In this document: positions 9,234 through 18,491 of the stretch, in pieces
How the letters are laid out: every line of letters begins with the position of its first letter
Position numbering within the stretch: the first letter of the stretch is position 1
Assembly: GCA_902762295.1 (NCBI GenBank)
Contig: CACWNX010000001.1
Span: 150,702-214,701, forward strand
DNA length: 64,000 nucleotides
Reading direction: 5' to 3'
From: an uncultured Pseudomonadota bacterium
GTDB lineage: Bacteria > Pseudomonadota > Alphaproteobacteria > Rs-D84
Position numbers and translations under genes: made by a program
The notes under the pieces: generated by a model
Database searches by the model: none
What the model was told of the DNA's origin: nothing
Seen by the model: only the letters and a program-made list of their open reading frames with translations

Positions 9234-10355
9234 TTAGAACCAACCCTTTTTTCCGGTTTTTGTTTCTGCAAATTCACCAAGTATTTTCTTTTGTTTCTCG
9301 GTCAACTTGGTTGGGATAATAACACCAACATCCAGATACAAATCACCAAAACTTGTCCCACGACCGGTCGGCATACCATGTCCACGTACACGCAATTTTT
9401 CGCCAACCTGGGTTCCTGCCGGAACCTTTACCGATAATGTTTTATCATCAATTGTTTCAACATCTATTTCACCACCAAGGGCCAATGTAGTAAACGGTAA
9501 ATCCATATGCGTAATTAAATTTGCGCCATCACGATCAAATTTTTCGTCATGTCGCACGTGCACATCAAGATAAAAATCACCCGCGGGGCCACCGTTTGTT
9601 CCGGCTTCGCCCTGGCCTGCCAATCGCAGACGCGCGCCATCTTCAATACCGGCAGGAATCTTTACATCAATCGTGCGATTTTTATGAACGACACCCGCCC
9701 CGTCACAATCCGCGCATTTTTTATCTATTTTATGTCCCAATCCATTACATTCTGGACATGGGCTCTGCATTGCGAAAAAACCGCGTTGCACATTGACATA
9801 GCCCGTTCCATGACAACGCGGACAAACCGGTGCCGATTTACCGTCGGCCGTGCCGTATCCATTACACTTTTCACATTTTACATTACTAGAAAACTTAACA
9901 GTGTGTGTTTTTCCAAAAAACGCATCGCGCAGACTGATTACGACATCGTCCAGCAAATCCCGTCCACGTTGCGCCCCATTTGATGCACGCGCCCCAGAAT
10001 CAAAGCCGCCAAAGCCAAAACCACGCATAGCCTCGCGCAAAATATCCTCCATACCGGCACCACCACCCATATCAAAATGGAATCCATTTCCAAACGGGTT
10101 TCCGCCCATTCCCGCCGATGCGCCATTTCCACCGGCGAACGCGGCATCACCGAATCGGTCATAGGCCGCGCGCTTTTGTGGGTCTTTCAAAATATCAAAT
10201 GCGTTATTAACCTCTTTAAATTTTTCTTCGGCATCTTTATCACCCGGGTTTTTATCCGGATGATATTTCATGACCAATTTATGATAGGCCTTTTTAATAT
10301 CTGCATCCGACGCATCACGCGTCACACCTAACACTTCATAAGGATTTTTATTCAT
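9234..10355 (-). CDS. dnaJ: Chaperone DnaJ
   Basis: J domain with HPD (KYHPDKNP), a G/F-rich region, and four CxxCxGxG repeats. dnaK is not adjacent. Confidence 0.95.
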   Translation of the reverse strand: MNKNPYEVLGVTRDASDADIKKAYHKLVMKYHPDKNPGDKDAEEKFKEVNNAFDILKDPQKRAAYDRFGDAAFAGGNGASAGMGGNPFGNGFHFDMGGGAGMEDILREAMRGFGFGGFDSGARASNGAQRGRDLLDDVVISLRDAFFGKTHTVKFSSNVKCEKCNGYGTADGKSAPVCPRCHGTGYVNVQRGFFAMQSPCPECNGLGHKIDKKCADCDGAGVVHKNRTIDVKIPAGIEDGARLRLAGQGEAGTNGGPAGDFYLDVHVRHDEKFDRDGANLITHMDLPFTTLALGGEIDVETIDDKTLSVKVPAGTQVGEKLRVRGHGMPTGRGTSFGDLYLDVGVIIPTKLTEKQKKILGEFAETKTGKKGWF

Positions 10356-10389
10356 ATTTGGACGTCCATAATTATTATTCTGATTGAAT

Positions 10390-10417
10390 ATATAATTACA
10401 GTTTTTGAAAAATCAAG
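10390..10417 (-). promoter_or_regulatory. Candidate RpoH (sigma-32)-type promoter for dnaJ
   Basis: The minus strand reads CTTG-N17-ATTATAT. The alphaproteobacterial heat-shock consensus, as I recall it, is CTTG-N17-CYTATNT. It lies about 35 nt upstream of the dnaJ ATG. Confidence 0.3.
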
Positions 10418-10490
10418 CCCAATAAAATCTTATATTCGGCAATGTTTAGGCTTGCGCCGAATAAAATAATGTACTAATAATAGGTGTGTT

Positions 10491-12470
10491 ATGGCTGAAC
10501 AAAAAACACATTCTTATGATGCATCTGATATCCAGGTCCTAGAAGGTCTTGAACCGGTTCGCCTGCGGCCGGGAATGTATATTGGCGGCACCGATGAAAA
10601 GGCATGGCACCATTTGCCGGTGGAAATCATGGATAATTCTATTGACGAAGCCGTCGCCGGCTTTGCCAAGAAAATTACAGTAAATTTAATAGATTCAAAG
10701 ACCATTGAAATAACTGATGACGGTCGTGGTATACCGGTTGACGAACATCCGAAATACCCCGGCAAATCGGCACTAGAGGTTATATTAACCACCCTGCATT
10801 CGGGCGGAAAATTTAATAATAATGTTTATAAAACCAGTGGTGGTCTGCACGGCGTGGGCAGCGCAGTTGTTAATGCCCTGTCATCAAGTATGGATGTGAC
10901 AATAAATCGTGATGGCTATGCATGGCACCAGAGTTTTTCGCGCGGAATCCCCACATCAAAAATGACACGCGGTGCACCGTCTAAATCGCACGGAACGGCG
11001 ATAAAGTTTACACTGGATGACCAAATTTTCGGCGAATCGGCGGTATTTAAACCGATAAAAATTTACCGTATGGCACGCGCCAAGGCATTTTTATCACGTG
11101 GTGTAAAAATAGATTGGCATTGCAATCCAGAACTGCTGACGGCGGACATGGAAATTCCGACAGATACAACGTTTTATTATCCAAACGGTGTGGCAGACTT
11201 TTTGGATGAAAAAACACGGGATAAACCACGCATATTACCGAAAATATTTTCTGGCACGGTGGATTTTCCTGATGATTCGGGACGCGTAGAATGGGCACTG
11301 ACATTTTTAACCGATGAAAACGGCGCGGCATCTGACGATGGATTTTTTGCATCATACTGTAACACCATCGCAACCATTGACGGCGGCACCCACGAAAGTG
11401 GTTTTAAATCCGCAATCACCCGCGGAATAAAGGCATATGGCGAAAAAACAAACAACAAATCGGCGGCGAATATTATCGGCGATGATGTATTTGATTCGGT
11501 CGCGGCAATTGTATCGGTATTCTATAAGACACCGCAATTCCTTGGCCAGACCAAGGAAAAATTGTCCAATCCTGAAATTGCGAAATACACCGAAAATGCA
11601 TTGCGCGACCCATGGGAAATATTTTTGGCATCGGACCCCAAGACCGCAAATGCGTTACTGGAATTTATAATAAACCTTGCCAATGCACGCATCCGCGTGA
11701 AACAGGTAAAAGAGGTCGCCCGTAAAACCCCGACCAAGCGAATTCGTATGCCGGCAAAACTTGCCGATTGTTCAAAGCATGGTGTTGCCGGAACAGAATT
11801 ATTTATTGTAGAGGGCGAATCGGCGGGCGGCACCGCGAAACAGGCACGCGACCGGACGACCCAGGCGATTATGCCACTGCGCGGCAAGGTTTTAAATGTC
11901 GTATCAAATTCCGATGAACGGTTTGGAAACAATCGCGAATTAAATGATTTGATTGATATTATCGGTGCCGGCACCGCAAAGGATTGGGACGATTCTAAAT
12001 TGCGCTATGACAAGGTTATTATTATGACCGATGCCGATGTCGACGGCAGCCATATCGCATCATTACTGATGACATTTTTCTATCAATTTATGCCCCAGTT
12101 GATTTATGGCGGTCACCTTTACCTGTCGTGTCCACCACTGTATAAATTTACATGTGGCACCGAATCATTCTATGTGGACAGCGATGAAGAATTAGAATCA
12201 CTGACCAACGGCAAATATAAAAACAAACGGGTTGAAATTTCACGATTCAAGGGGCTTGGCGAAATGATGCCGAACCAGTTAAAAGAAACGACCATGTCAC
12301 CAAAGACCCGTCGTCTAATACGTGTTGATTTGCCGCCCCGCACAGACGAAGGTGCCGAAGATACGGAAAAAACGCGCACAATCGTATCTGAACTGATGGG
12401 GAAAAAGCCTGAATTCCGTTTCCGCTTTATCACCGAACACGCCCAATTTGTGAAAGATTTATTTGTATAA
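10491..12470 (+). CDS. parE: Type IIA topoisomerase B subunit, most likely topoisomerase IV ParE
   Basis: 659 aa. GHKL ATPase N-terminus (LEGLEPVRLRPGMYIGG), Toprim motif EGESAGG, and PLRGKVLNV. It is too short for the ~800-aa proteobacterial GyrB, so I call it ParE. Confidence 0.8.
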   Translation: MAEQKTHSYDASDIQVLEGLEPVRLRPGMYIGGTDEKAWHHLPVEIMDNSIDEAVAGFAKKITVNLIDSKTIEITDDGRGIPVDEHPKYPGKSALEVILTTLHSGGKFNNNVYKTSGGLHGVGSAVVNALSSSMDVTINRDGYAWHQSFSRGIPTSKMTRGAPSKSHGTAIKFTLDDQIFGESAVFKPIKIYRMARAKAFLSRGVKIDWHCNPELLTADMEIPTDTTFYYPNGVADFLDEKTRDKPRILPKIFSGTVDFPDDSGRVEWALTFLTDENGAASDDGFFASYCNTIATIDGGTHESGFKSAITRGIKAYGEKTNNKSAANIIGDDVFDSVAAIVSVFYKTPQFLGQTKEKLSNPEIAKYTENALRDPWEIFLASDPKTANALLEFIINLANARIRVKQVKEVARKTPTKRIRMPAKLADCSKHGVAGTELFIVEGESAGGTAKQARDRTTQAIMPLRGKVLNVVSNSDERFGNNRELNDLIDIIGAGTAKDWDDSKLRYDKVIIMTDADVDGSHIASLLMTFFYQFMPQLIYGGHLYLSCPPLYKFTCGTESFYVDSDEELESLTNGKYKNKRVEISRFKGLGEMMPNQLKETTMSPKTRRLIRVDLPPRTDEGAEDTEKTRTIVSELMGKKPEFRFRFITEHAQFVKDLFV

Positions 12471-12542
12471 TTATTATTTTTTATAAAAAAAATACCGCCT
12501 AGCAGGCAGATTCCACAAACTTAATATAATAATCGTAATTTT

Positions 12543-13157
12543 TTATAGTGCCTGGTTATTTTGCGCCATTCGCACAACAAAACGCCGTAATGTTATCCGC
12601 TGGATATTTAAATTTCGCGCAATTTGGGATTTAGAAATGCCAGCATTTAACATACGAAGAATTTTTGTTTTATTTTTTGATAATTTTAAACTTTTCGATT
12701 CCGCAGAAAACGGTCGCCCTAATTTTTTACCTGCAGATTTCAGATTATCCAGTGATGCCTTGGTTCGTTGCGATATTAAATTTCGTTCAATTTCTGCCGA
12801 CAAACCGAATGCAAATGCCATAACTTTGCTCTGTATATCATTTCCCAATCGATAGTTTTCTTTTATTGTCCACACCTGGCAATTTTTATTTAAACAAGTT
12901 TCTAATATTCGCATAACTTCCAGTAATGAACGTCCCAACCGTGATATTTCACATGCAATTAAAACATCACCAGAATTTAATGTATCTAGCAATGCGCCAA
13001 GTTTGCGTCGATTTAACGGTTCACGCGAAGATACAGTTTCCATAACCCATCTATCTATGCAAATATTATTTTGTTTTGCGAATTGTTTAATTTCGAATCG
13101 TTGATGTTCACATGTTTGTTTCGTTGAAGACACACGGATATAGCCAATAATCGCCAT
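12543..13157 (-). CDS. Small serine recombinase (resolvase/invertase family)
   Basis: 204 aa. MAIIGYIRVSSTKQ catalytic-Ser motif, SRLGRS, and a C-terminal HTH (GISKSQIARNLNIQRITLRRF). RBS AAGGAG. Confidence 0.9.
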   Translation of the reverse strand: MAIIGYIRVSSTKQTCEHQRFEIKQFAKQNNICIDRWVMETVSSREPLNRRKLGALLDTLNSGDVLIACEISRLGRSLLEVMRILETCLNKNCQVWTIKENYRLGNDIQSKVMAFAFGLSAEIERNLISQRTKASLDNLKSAGKKLGRPFSAESKSLKLSKNKTKILRMLNAGISKSQIARNLNIQRITLRRFVVRMAQNNQAL

Positions 13158-13208
13158 TATATACTCCTTTGGTTAAAGCGATAAATTTAATACTGCAACT
13201 GGTCATTT

Positions 13209-13227
13209 TAAACGAACGTTTGTGTCC
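13209..13227. repeat. Left inverted repeat of the candidate invertible segment
   Basis: TAAACGAACGTTTGTGTCC, the exact reverse complement of 13320-13338. Confidence 0.95.
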
Positions 13228-13257
13228 AGTATTTTTTTGTTTTTTTATTATTTACAA
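13228..13257 (-). promoter_or_regulatory. Sigma-70-like promoter inside the invertible core, currently facing the recombinase
   Basis: The minus strand reads TTGTAA-N18-AATACT, directly abutting the left IR. The surrounding AT-rich sequence makes chance matches likely. Confidence 0.3.
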
Positions 13258-13319
13258 AATATGCAGAAATCTGGGAATTTTTCATTTTTATTTTTTTCTT
13301 TTTGATTTTTTTATACTCC

Positions 13320-13338
13320 GGACACAAACGTTCGTTTA
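13320..13338. repeat. Right inverted repeat of the candidate invertible segment
   Basis: GGACACAAACGTTCGTTTA, the exact reverse complement of 13209-13227. Confidence 0.95.
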
Positions 13339-13407
13339 TGCAACAGTAACCAATGTGATTATTTTCTTAATCACAATTTGATTAATCAAAATAAAAAGGA
13401 AAAAAAT

Positions 13408-15126
13408 ATGAAAAAAACATCTTTCTTAACATCATTGGTTGCCGTATGCGTTGCATGCTCTGCAAATGCTGCGTCTGATGTCACATTCGCCGGGAATTAT
13501 CATTTAAATGAAACAACCGAACTGAATGTAACTGATCCATTACCTGGCACAACCTATGACTATACCGCGTCCGACGGCGCACACAACAACATTGCATATG
13601 ATACTGAACCTGATGCAACACTGTTCACATATACCGGAACAGATGGGGTCGCCGATGGTTCAAATTTATCAACCGATGCACCTGCACAATCCGACTTTAC
13701 TGGAGAATCTGCCGCCAATGGAACAACAGTTTTCACAACGCAAACTATCGCATCGGGTGAAACAGTTGACCCGTCAAATTATTCATATGTCAGTGGTAAC
13801 GGTGGCACCGTTTCACTGGGGGCCTCGGCAATACCAATGACCGAAACAGTCGCATTAGATTCTACGTATACCAATGGACACACCATTGATGTTACCAATG
13901 GAGAAACACCGACTGATTTTGATGCTACACTGTATAGTGGAACAATAGAATCTACTGGTCGCACATATCATTTAAACCCAGATGGCAGCGCATTACAAAA
14001 TGATTATAATGAAACCATTAATACTGGCGATGACCCCGAACTAAATGCTTTACTTACTGCTATGCAAACGGCGTATACGACGGATTCCGCGGCACTTGAG
14101 ACAGCTGTATCAACAACTGGCACGCAGTGGGCAACCGAACAAGAAAACTTTGCTGCTGCACAAACTGCGGTTAATACAGACATGGCAACCGTTGAAACAC
14201 TGAACCACAACTATGGTACATTAACCGAAGCACTTGATTTATACCAGGCAGCACAAGCCGCTCAGGCGACCGCCGGCGAAGCACAAGCCGCAGATGTTGC
14301 AACACAAAATGCCGCACTGGCTGTTTATAACGCACCAATTGAAGAAACCATCACAAACGGTGCGAATGATGCGATTGATGCATCTATCGAATCTGGTTCA
14401 ATAAAAACCGCACTGGACGGCAAAGCTGATGCATCAGACGTCGCAGCGAATACTTCGGCAATTGAAACAAATGCAGGCAATATTGCGACGAATACCGCAG
14501 ATATCGCAACAAACACTGCGAACATTGCAACAAACACTGCAGATATCGCAACGAACACTTCTGCAATTGAAACAAATGCAGGCAATATTGCGACGAATAC
14601 CGCAGATATCGCTACGAACACGGCGAACATTGCAACAAACACTGCAGATATTGCAACGAACACATCGGCAATTGCTGATAATGCCGCCAAAATAGAAACG
14701 AACACGGCGAACATTGCAGCAAACACAGGCGCTATTTCTGCAGAAACAGAACGCGCAACAGGTGCCGAAAACGCGTTGCAAACACAACTGAACAACGCAA
14801 TTGCTGATGCACGTGCCGCAGATATTGATACATTAAAATCTGCAAATGCGTACACCGATAAAATGATTGGTGATTTAGACCAAGACCTATCATCGGGTGT
14901 CGCCGGTGCAGTCGCATTATCATCGGTTGCGGTATCCAATGTTAAACGCGGTGAAGTCTCGGTTGGTGGTGGATACGGTTATTACAACAACCAATCGGCA
15001 TTCGCACTGGGGGCGGCAATGGGATTAACCGATAACTGGTCAATTAATGCCGGTGCCGGTCTTGGTATTAATGGCGGCAATTTATCGGTACGCGCAGGAA
15101 CAAATTATAAATTTAAATTGTTCTAA
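13408..15126 (+). CDS. Trimeric autotransporter adhesin (YadA-like)
   Basis: Signal peptide MKKTSFLTSLVAVCVACSANA. Long heptad stalk (NTADIAT/NTANIAT repeats). C-terminal YadA-type anchor (VAGAVALSSVAV...GGGYGYYNNQSAFALGAAMGL...AGTNYKFKLF). Start at the ATG at 13408 with RBS AAAGGA. Confidence 0.85.
   Translation: MKKTSFLTSLVAVCVACSANAASDVTFAGNYHLNETTELNVTDPLPGTTYDYTASDGAHNNIAYDTEPDATLFTYTGTDGVADGSNLSTDAPAQSDFTGESAANGTTVFTTQTIASGETVDPSNYSYVSGNGGTVSLGASAIPMTETVALDSTYTNGHTIDVTNGETPTDFDATLYSGTIESTGRTYHLNPDGSALQNDYNETINTGDDPELNALLTAMQTAYTTDSAALETAVSTTGTQWATEQENFAAAQTAVNTDMATVETLNHNYGTLTEALDLYQAAQAAQATAGEAQAADVATQNAALAVYNAPIEETITNGANDAIDASIESGSIKTALDGKADASDVAANTSAIETNAGNIATNTADIATNTANIATNTADIATNTSAIETNAGNIATNTADIATNTANIATNTADIATNTSAIADNAAKIETNTANIAANTGAISAETERATGAENALQTQLNNAIADARAADIDTLKSANAYTDKMIGDLDQDLSSGVAGAVALSSVAVSNVKRGEVSVGGGYGYYNNQSAFALGAAMGLTDNWSINAGAGLGINGGNLSVRAGTNYKFKLF
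14449..14676 (+). repeat. 105-bp tandem repeat (about 2.2 copies) inside the adhesin stalk
   Basis: Units start at 14449, 14554 and 14659. Each encodes NTSAIETNAGNIATNTADIATNTANIATNTADIAT. They are built from 21-bp (heptad) sub-repeats that continue to about 14745. Confidence 0.9.
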
Positions 15127-15150
15127 TTCTGCAGGCTTTATTTTGAACCA

Positions 15151-15177
15151 AAAACCACCGAAAATTCGGTGGTTTTT
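15151..15177 (+). terminator. Rho-independent terminator after the adhesin gene
   Basis: AAAACCACCGAA..TTCGGTGGTTTT followed by TATTTTT. Confidence 0.65.
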
Positions 15178-15287
15178 ATTTTTAATGTCAAATTTACATT
15201 TTATTTTTCCATCTCGCCATCACATCTACCGATGCGTCATCCTGCACATCAAGCAACCCAGAATCCATTCAACAGCCATGTACAAAC

Positions 15288-15315
15288 TTGACTTTTGGTA
15301 AAAATGCTCTATATT
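15288..15315 (+). promoter_or_regulatory. Sigma-70-like promoter for the 15344 ORF
   Basis: TTGACT-N16-TATATT, about 28 nt upstream of the ATG. A G-rich RBS (AGGGGG) lies in between. Confidence 0.4.
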
Positions 15316-15343
15316 CTAGGGGCTTGAAAAAGGGGGTACAGAA

Positions 15344-15769
15344 ATGGATAAACAAAAAACACCTTTTAAAAATGTATATTTAATAGATATGAGAAAACTG
15401 GCTAAGCAACCAATTGATTGGACACCAAATGGTGCGGTATTGCCAATTGAAAAAATGAATAATATTCCAACCGACAATAAAACGGTATTCACAAAATTAT
15501 TCTCTGAACGTCATACGAAACGCATGATTGATCAATATCCTGTACTGTTTCCTATTATCACACATGATGCGCGCACAATAATTGAATACATATCGGCAGA
15601 TGGCAAACCACTTATCACATTATATCCCAACGCAGATGTAGATATTCATAACGCAGACTGGCAAAAATATTTAACCACAACCGCCAAAGAAGATTTTATG
15701 AATATGTACAACAATCATAAAAAAATGATAGAAGGCATGCGTGGCGCGCTAATGTCTTTAAAGAAATAA
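15344..15769 (+). CDS. Hypothetical protein
   Basis: 141 aa with its own promoter-like element, RBS and terminator. No motif recognised. Confidence 0.55.
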   Translation: MDKQKTPFKNVYLIDMRKLAKQPIDWTPNGAVLPIEKMNNIPTDNKTVFTKLFSERHTKRMIDQYPVLFPIITHDARTIIEYISADGKPLITLYPNADVDIHNADWQKYLTTTAKEDFMNMYNNHKKMIEGMRGALMSLKK

Positions 15770-15770
15770 A

Positions 15771-15792
15771 AAAATCCCCAAACGGGGATTTT
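15771..15792. terminator. Bidirectional terminator
   Basis: AAAATCCCC-AAAC-GGGGATTTT between convergent genes. Confidence 0.65.
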
Positions 15793-15794
15793 TT

Positions 15795-16796
15795 TTATTG
15801 TAAACCGATTCGGAAATCGTCGCCATAGCCGGCAACCTTTTGCCCACCAACCGAACAATTCAAATCTTCAAAGCCTTTCTTTAACTGATTCTTTTTAACC
15901 AGATGACTGGTTATCAAACCACCGGCGGTTCCAAGTACAACACCCGCAATCGAATCAGATAACAAACGTGCCGTATTAAATTTTCCTTGTTCGTCCCGCC
16001 ATTCAGACACTTTCAAAGTATCACGCAATTCGGACAAATTTGAATAATACAAATCAATATCCGTTATCTCGGCGGTTAATTTTGTGATACCTGTTATATT
16101 CGTTTCAATTACCAACAACCACGCACCATTTAACAGATTCGCCAAATCTTCGGCATCCGATGCGCCCAATTTTTTACCCGCCGTATCACACAATGTATGT
16201 GCATCATTATAGTTCTTTAAAATGTTTTCTATTTTTGATTTTTGATTTGGGTACTCTGCCATGGCCTTTTGCAATCTGGAAATATTATCATTTATACCAT
16301 TTACCAACCCTGCATCACATGTAAAACGCGCCCAAACCGGGTAAATATACGCACCACGATATGACCAATCATCGATATGCTGGGGTTCAAATTTTTTGTT
16401 ACTTGCGCTGCCCGCAATCCATCCATCTTTTACTACTTCTATACCACTTGGCAATATATTATTTTTGACATAGTCATAACGCCGACCTGACAATGCAACA
16501 TTATTATAGCCCCTTATGTCACCCTGCTGGTCAGCACTTGCAACCACAACAAAATACGCAATATCTCTTGAATTTAACTTTGCCAATTCTTGCTTCACTG
16601 TATCAAAAGAATCACTGCAATCTGGTGATGCTTTATCTTTTCCTGTATCAAAAAAAACTGCGTACACCATATCTTTATCACTGGCCCCCGGTGTAATTGC
16701 ACAAGTTTTATTAGATGTTTGTAAATAATTAACATCGGCCATCGCACTGCATGCCATACCAAACATAACCATAAAAAATATCAGAAATTTTTTCAT
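15795..16796 (-). CDS. Secreted protein with an OmpA-like peptidoglycan-binding motif and a C-terminal Gly-rich hydrophobic segment
   Basis: Signal peptide MKKFLIFFMVMFGMACSAMA. ASADQQGDIRGYNNVALSGRRYDYVKNNIL resembles the OmpA C-like motif (compare E. coli NQGLSERRAQSV). Start set at the ATG at 16796, 8 nt after AGGAG; the ORF-track start is a GTG. Confidence 0.55.
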   Translation of the reverse strand: MKKFLIFFMVMFGMACSAMADVNYLQTSNKTCAITPGASDKDMVYAVFFDTGKDKASPDCSDSFDTVKQELAKLNSRDIAYFVVVASADQQGDIRGYNNVALSGRRYDYVKNNILPSGIEVVKDGWIAGSASNKKFEPQHIDDWSYRGAYIYPVWARFTCDAGLVNGINDNISRLQKAMAEYPNQKSKIENILKNYNDAHTLCDTAGKKLGASDAEDLANLLNGAWLLVIETNITGITKLTAEITDIDLYYSNLSELRDTLKVSEWRDEQGKFNTARLLSDSIAGVVLGTAGGLITSHLVKKNQLKKGFEDLNCSVGGQKVAGYGDDFRIGLQ

Positions 16797-16853
16797 TTTG
16801 TCCACTCCTAACTTCCTTATATTTTATCACAAAGTGGACTAAACAACAAATGT

Positions 16854-18125
16854 TTATTTATACTCGTCAATCATTTCAGAAATCTGGGCCGACATAACCA
16901 AATCAGATTTTGATAATTTTTCTATCCGGTCTATTCCATACATAACCGTTGCATGATCACGACCACCGACATACTGACCAATTTCGGTCAATGACAACCC
17001 AGTCGCATTTTTTAATACAACCATCATCATCTGGCGCGCCAAGACCAATGCACGACCGCGACCCGCACCACACACCGCATCATATGATACGCCCAATTTT
17101 TCACACATAGACTTTACCATAACAATTGGCGAACGCGATGTCTTTAATGTGTCACCCAATATCCGTTCGGCAATAACGGCATCAACCGATTCGCCCATGA
17201 TATCACGATATGCCATAATTTTATTCAAAACACCCGATATCACATGACCATCCGCCATAACACGGCCTGCAATCATATCTGCCAACTTTGAATCTAAACC
17301 CGCGTGTTCAAAAATCTGTCTGCGAACATCGCGTGACGGCGCAACAACATCGGCAACCAATCCCGATGCCAACAAAGATTGAACACGATGATCAAAGCCT
17401 GTCAAATTTCCCGGTGCCGCATTCGCAGTTAAAACAATATTTTTACCCGCCACACGCAAATCCATAACCAATTGCAAAAATTCTTCACATGTTGCGCGTT
17501 TCCCGGCCAGAACCTGAACATCGTCCATAATAAATGTATCACAGTTGCGACAGTAATCTTTGAATGCAAAAATCGTCCGGTCATGTAATGCGCGCGCAAA
17601 TTCCGATACAAATGATGCACCTGACATCATTACCACACGACCCGTTGATGATGTATTAATGCAATCCAACAACATAGATTTTCCACAACCCGCCGGCCCA
17701 TAAATAAACAGCGGTGAAAACGTTGCCGCACCCATCGCCATCTTTTTGCACGCTGAAACCACAAAGGCATTTTCTTCGGATGATATAAACGAATCAAAAC
17801 CCGTCAATTTTTTGTCCGTCACCGGTGCCGTATATGTTTGGGTATTATTATCATTTGCCGTTCCATGCACAACCAACGACGCGCCAACACGAACACACCA
17901 TCCAAGTCCCCAGGATTCGGCAACCGAACTTAAAATTTCACGATAATTTAATTCAACAAAATCTGCAGTAAATTGATTTTGCGCGGTAAAAACAATCGTA
18001 TCGGTTTCAATATTTATTCCCATCGGCGCAATCCAACATGAAAAACAGGCCGCATCCATTTTGTCCGCAATCGCATTTTTGATTGCATCTGCATTTACCT
18101 GTTTTTGAATAACTGTCGCCTGCAT
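16854..18125 (-). CDS. dnaA: Chromosomal replication initiator DnaA (short, 423 aa)
   Basis: Walker A GPAGCGKSML, AAA+ core, and a C-terminal DNA-binding signature (LTEIGQYVGGRDHATVMYGIDRI). Confidence 0.95.
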   Translation of the reverse strand: MQATVIQKQVNADAIKNAIADKMDAACFSCWIAPMGINIETDTIVFTAQNQFTADFVELNYREILSSVAESWGLGWCVRVGASLVVHGTANDNNTQTYTAPVTDKKLTGFDSFISSEENAFVVSACKKMAMGAATFSPLFIYGPAGCGKSMLLDCINTSSTGRVVMMSGASFVSEFARALHDRTIFAFKDYCRNCDTFIMDDVQVLAGKRATCEEFLQLVMDLRVAGKNIVLTANAAPGNLTGFDHRVQSLLASGLVADVVAPSRDVRRQIFEHAGLDSKLADMIAGRVMADGHVISGVLNKIMAYRDIMGESVDAVIAERILGDTLKTSRSPIVMVKSMCEKLGVSYDAVCGAGRGRALVLARQMMMVVLKNATGLSLTEIGQYVGGRDHATVMYGIDRIEKLSKSDLVMSAQISEMIDEYK

Positions 18126-18461
18126 GCCGTTTCTCCTTAGTTTTCCTTAAAAGAGTTTCCTGCCGGTAGAAGTATACAAAACCCACCTGCACAAAAACGC
18201 ATACACCATCAGATTTTTTTAAAACCGACCGAATTTCTGCGTTTATATATGCACCCTACTCCCTGGACTCTCTCACTTGCTTTTATGTATGAAACCTATC
18301 CTTTTGACCCACAACATCAGGAACTTTATTTTTTAACCTTTCCCGTCCTGATTACGAAAAATAATTTATAAAATTCATTTCTATTTGCAATCAAATCTTA
18401 CCAAATTTTTGCAAATTTATTTTTTGACACCGATTCGGATTTTTGCCAGATTTCTGCGGTT

Positions 18462-18483
18462 TGTATATACATTGTATATACAT
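18462..18483. repeat. Tandem 11-bp repeat, each unit containing the palindrome TGTATATACA
   Basis: TGTATATACAT x2, just after the dprA stop and at the distal end of the dnaA upstream region. Confidence 0.85.
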
Positions 18484-18491
18484 TATTTTTA

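Larger units (their letters stand above)
13209..13338. promoter_or_regulatory. Candidate invertible promoter element (IR - 92 bp - IR)
   Basis: Perfect 19-bp inverted repeats bracket an AT-rich 92-bp core. The element lies between the invertase start (13157) and the adhesin start (13408). Confidence 0.55.

Noticed and set aside
14449-14745. Regular 21-bp periodicity that could superficially suggest a CRISPR-like or other non-coding array
   Set aside because: There are no unique spacers. The units are contiguous, lie in-frame inside a long CDS, and encode coiled-coil heptads (NTADIAT).
14325-14939. A 204-aa minus-strand ORF, plus several 60-120-aa ORFs on both strands, inside the adhesin repeat region
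   Set aside because: They are antisense or out-of-frame readings of the 21-bp/105-bp coding repeats, giving low-complexity A/V/F/S or R/C-rich products. The plus-strand adhesin frame has a signal peptide, a heptad stalk and a YadA-type anchor, and it explains the region.
12471-15343. A discrete mobile element or genomic island carrying the invertase and adhesin
   Set aside because: I could not find flanking direct repeats, an integrase or transposase, or att-like sequences at the borders. I report only the internal invertible segment.
18126-18491. oriC next to dnaA
   Set aside because: Only one 7/9 match to the DnaA box consensus was found by eye and there is no cluster. In Alphaproteobacteria the origin is often not beside dnaA. 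I kept it as a low-interest finding rather than a feature.
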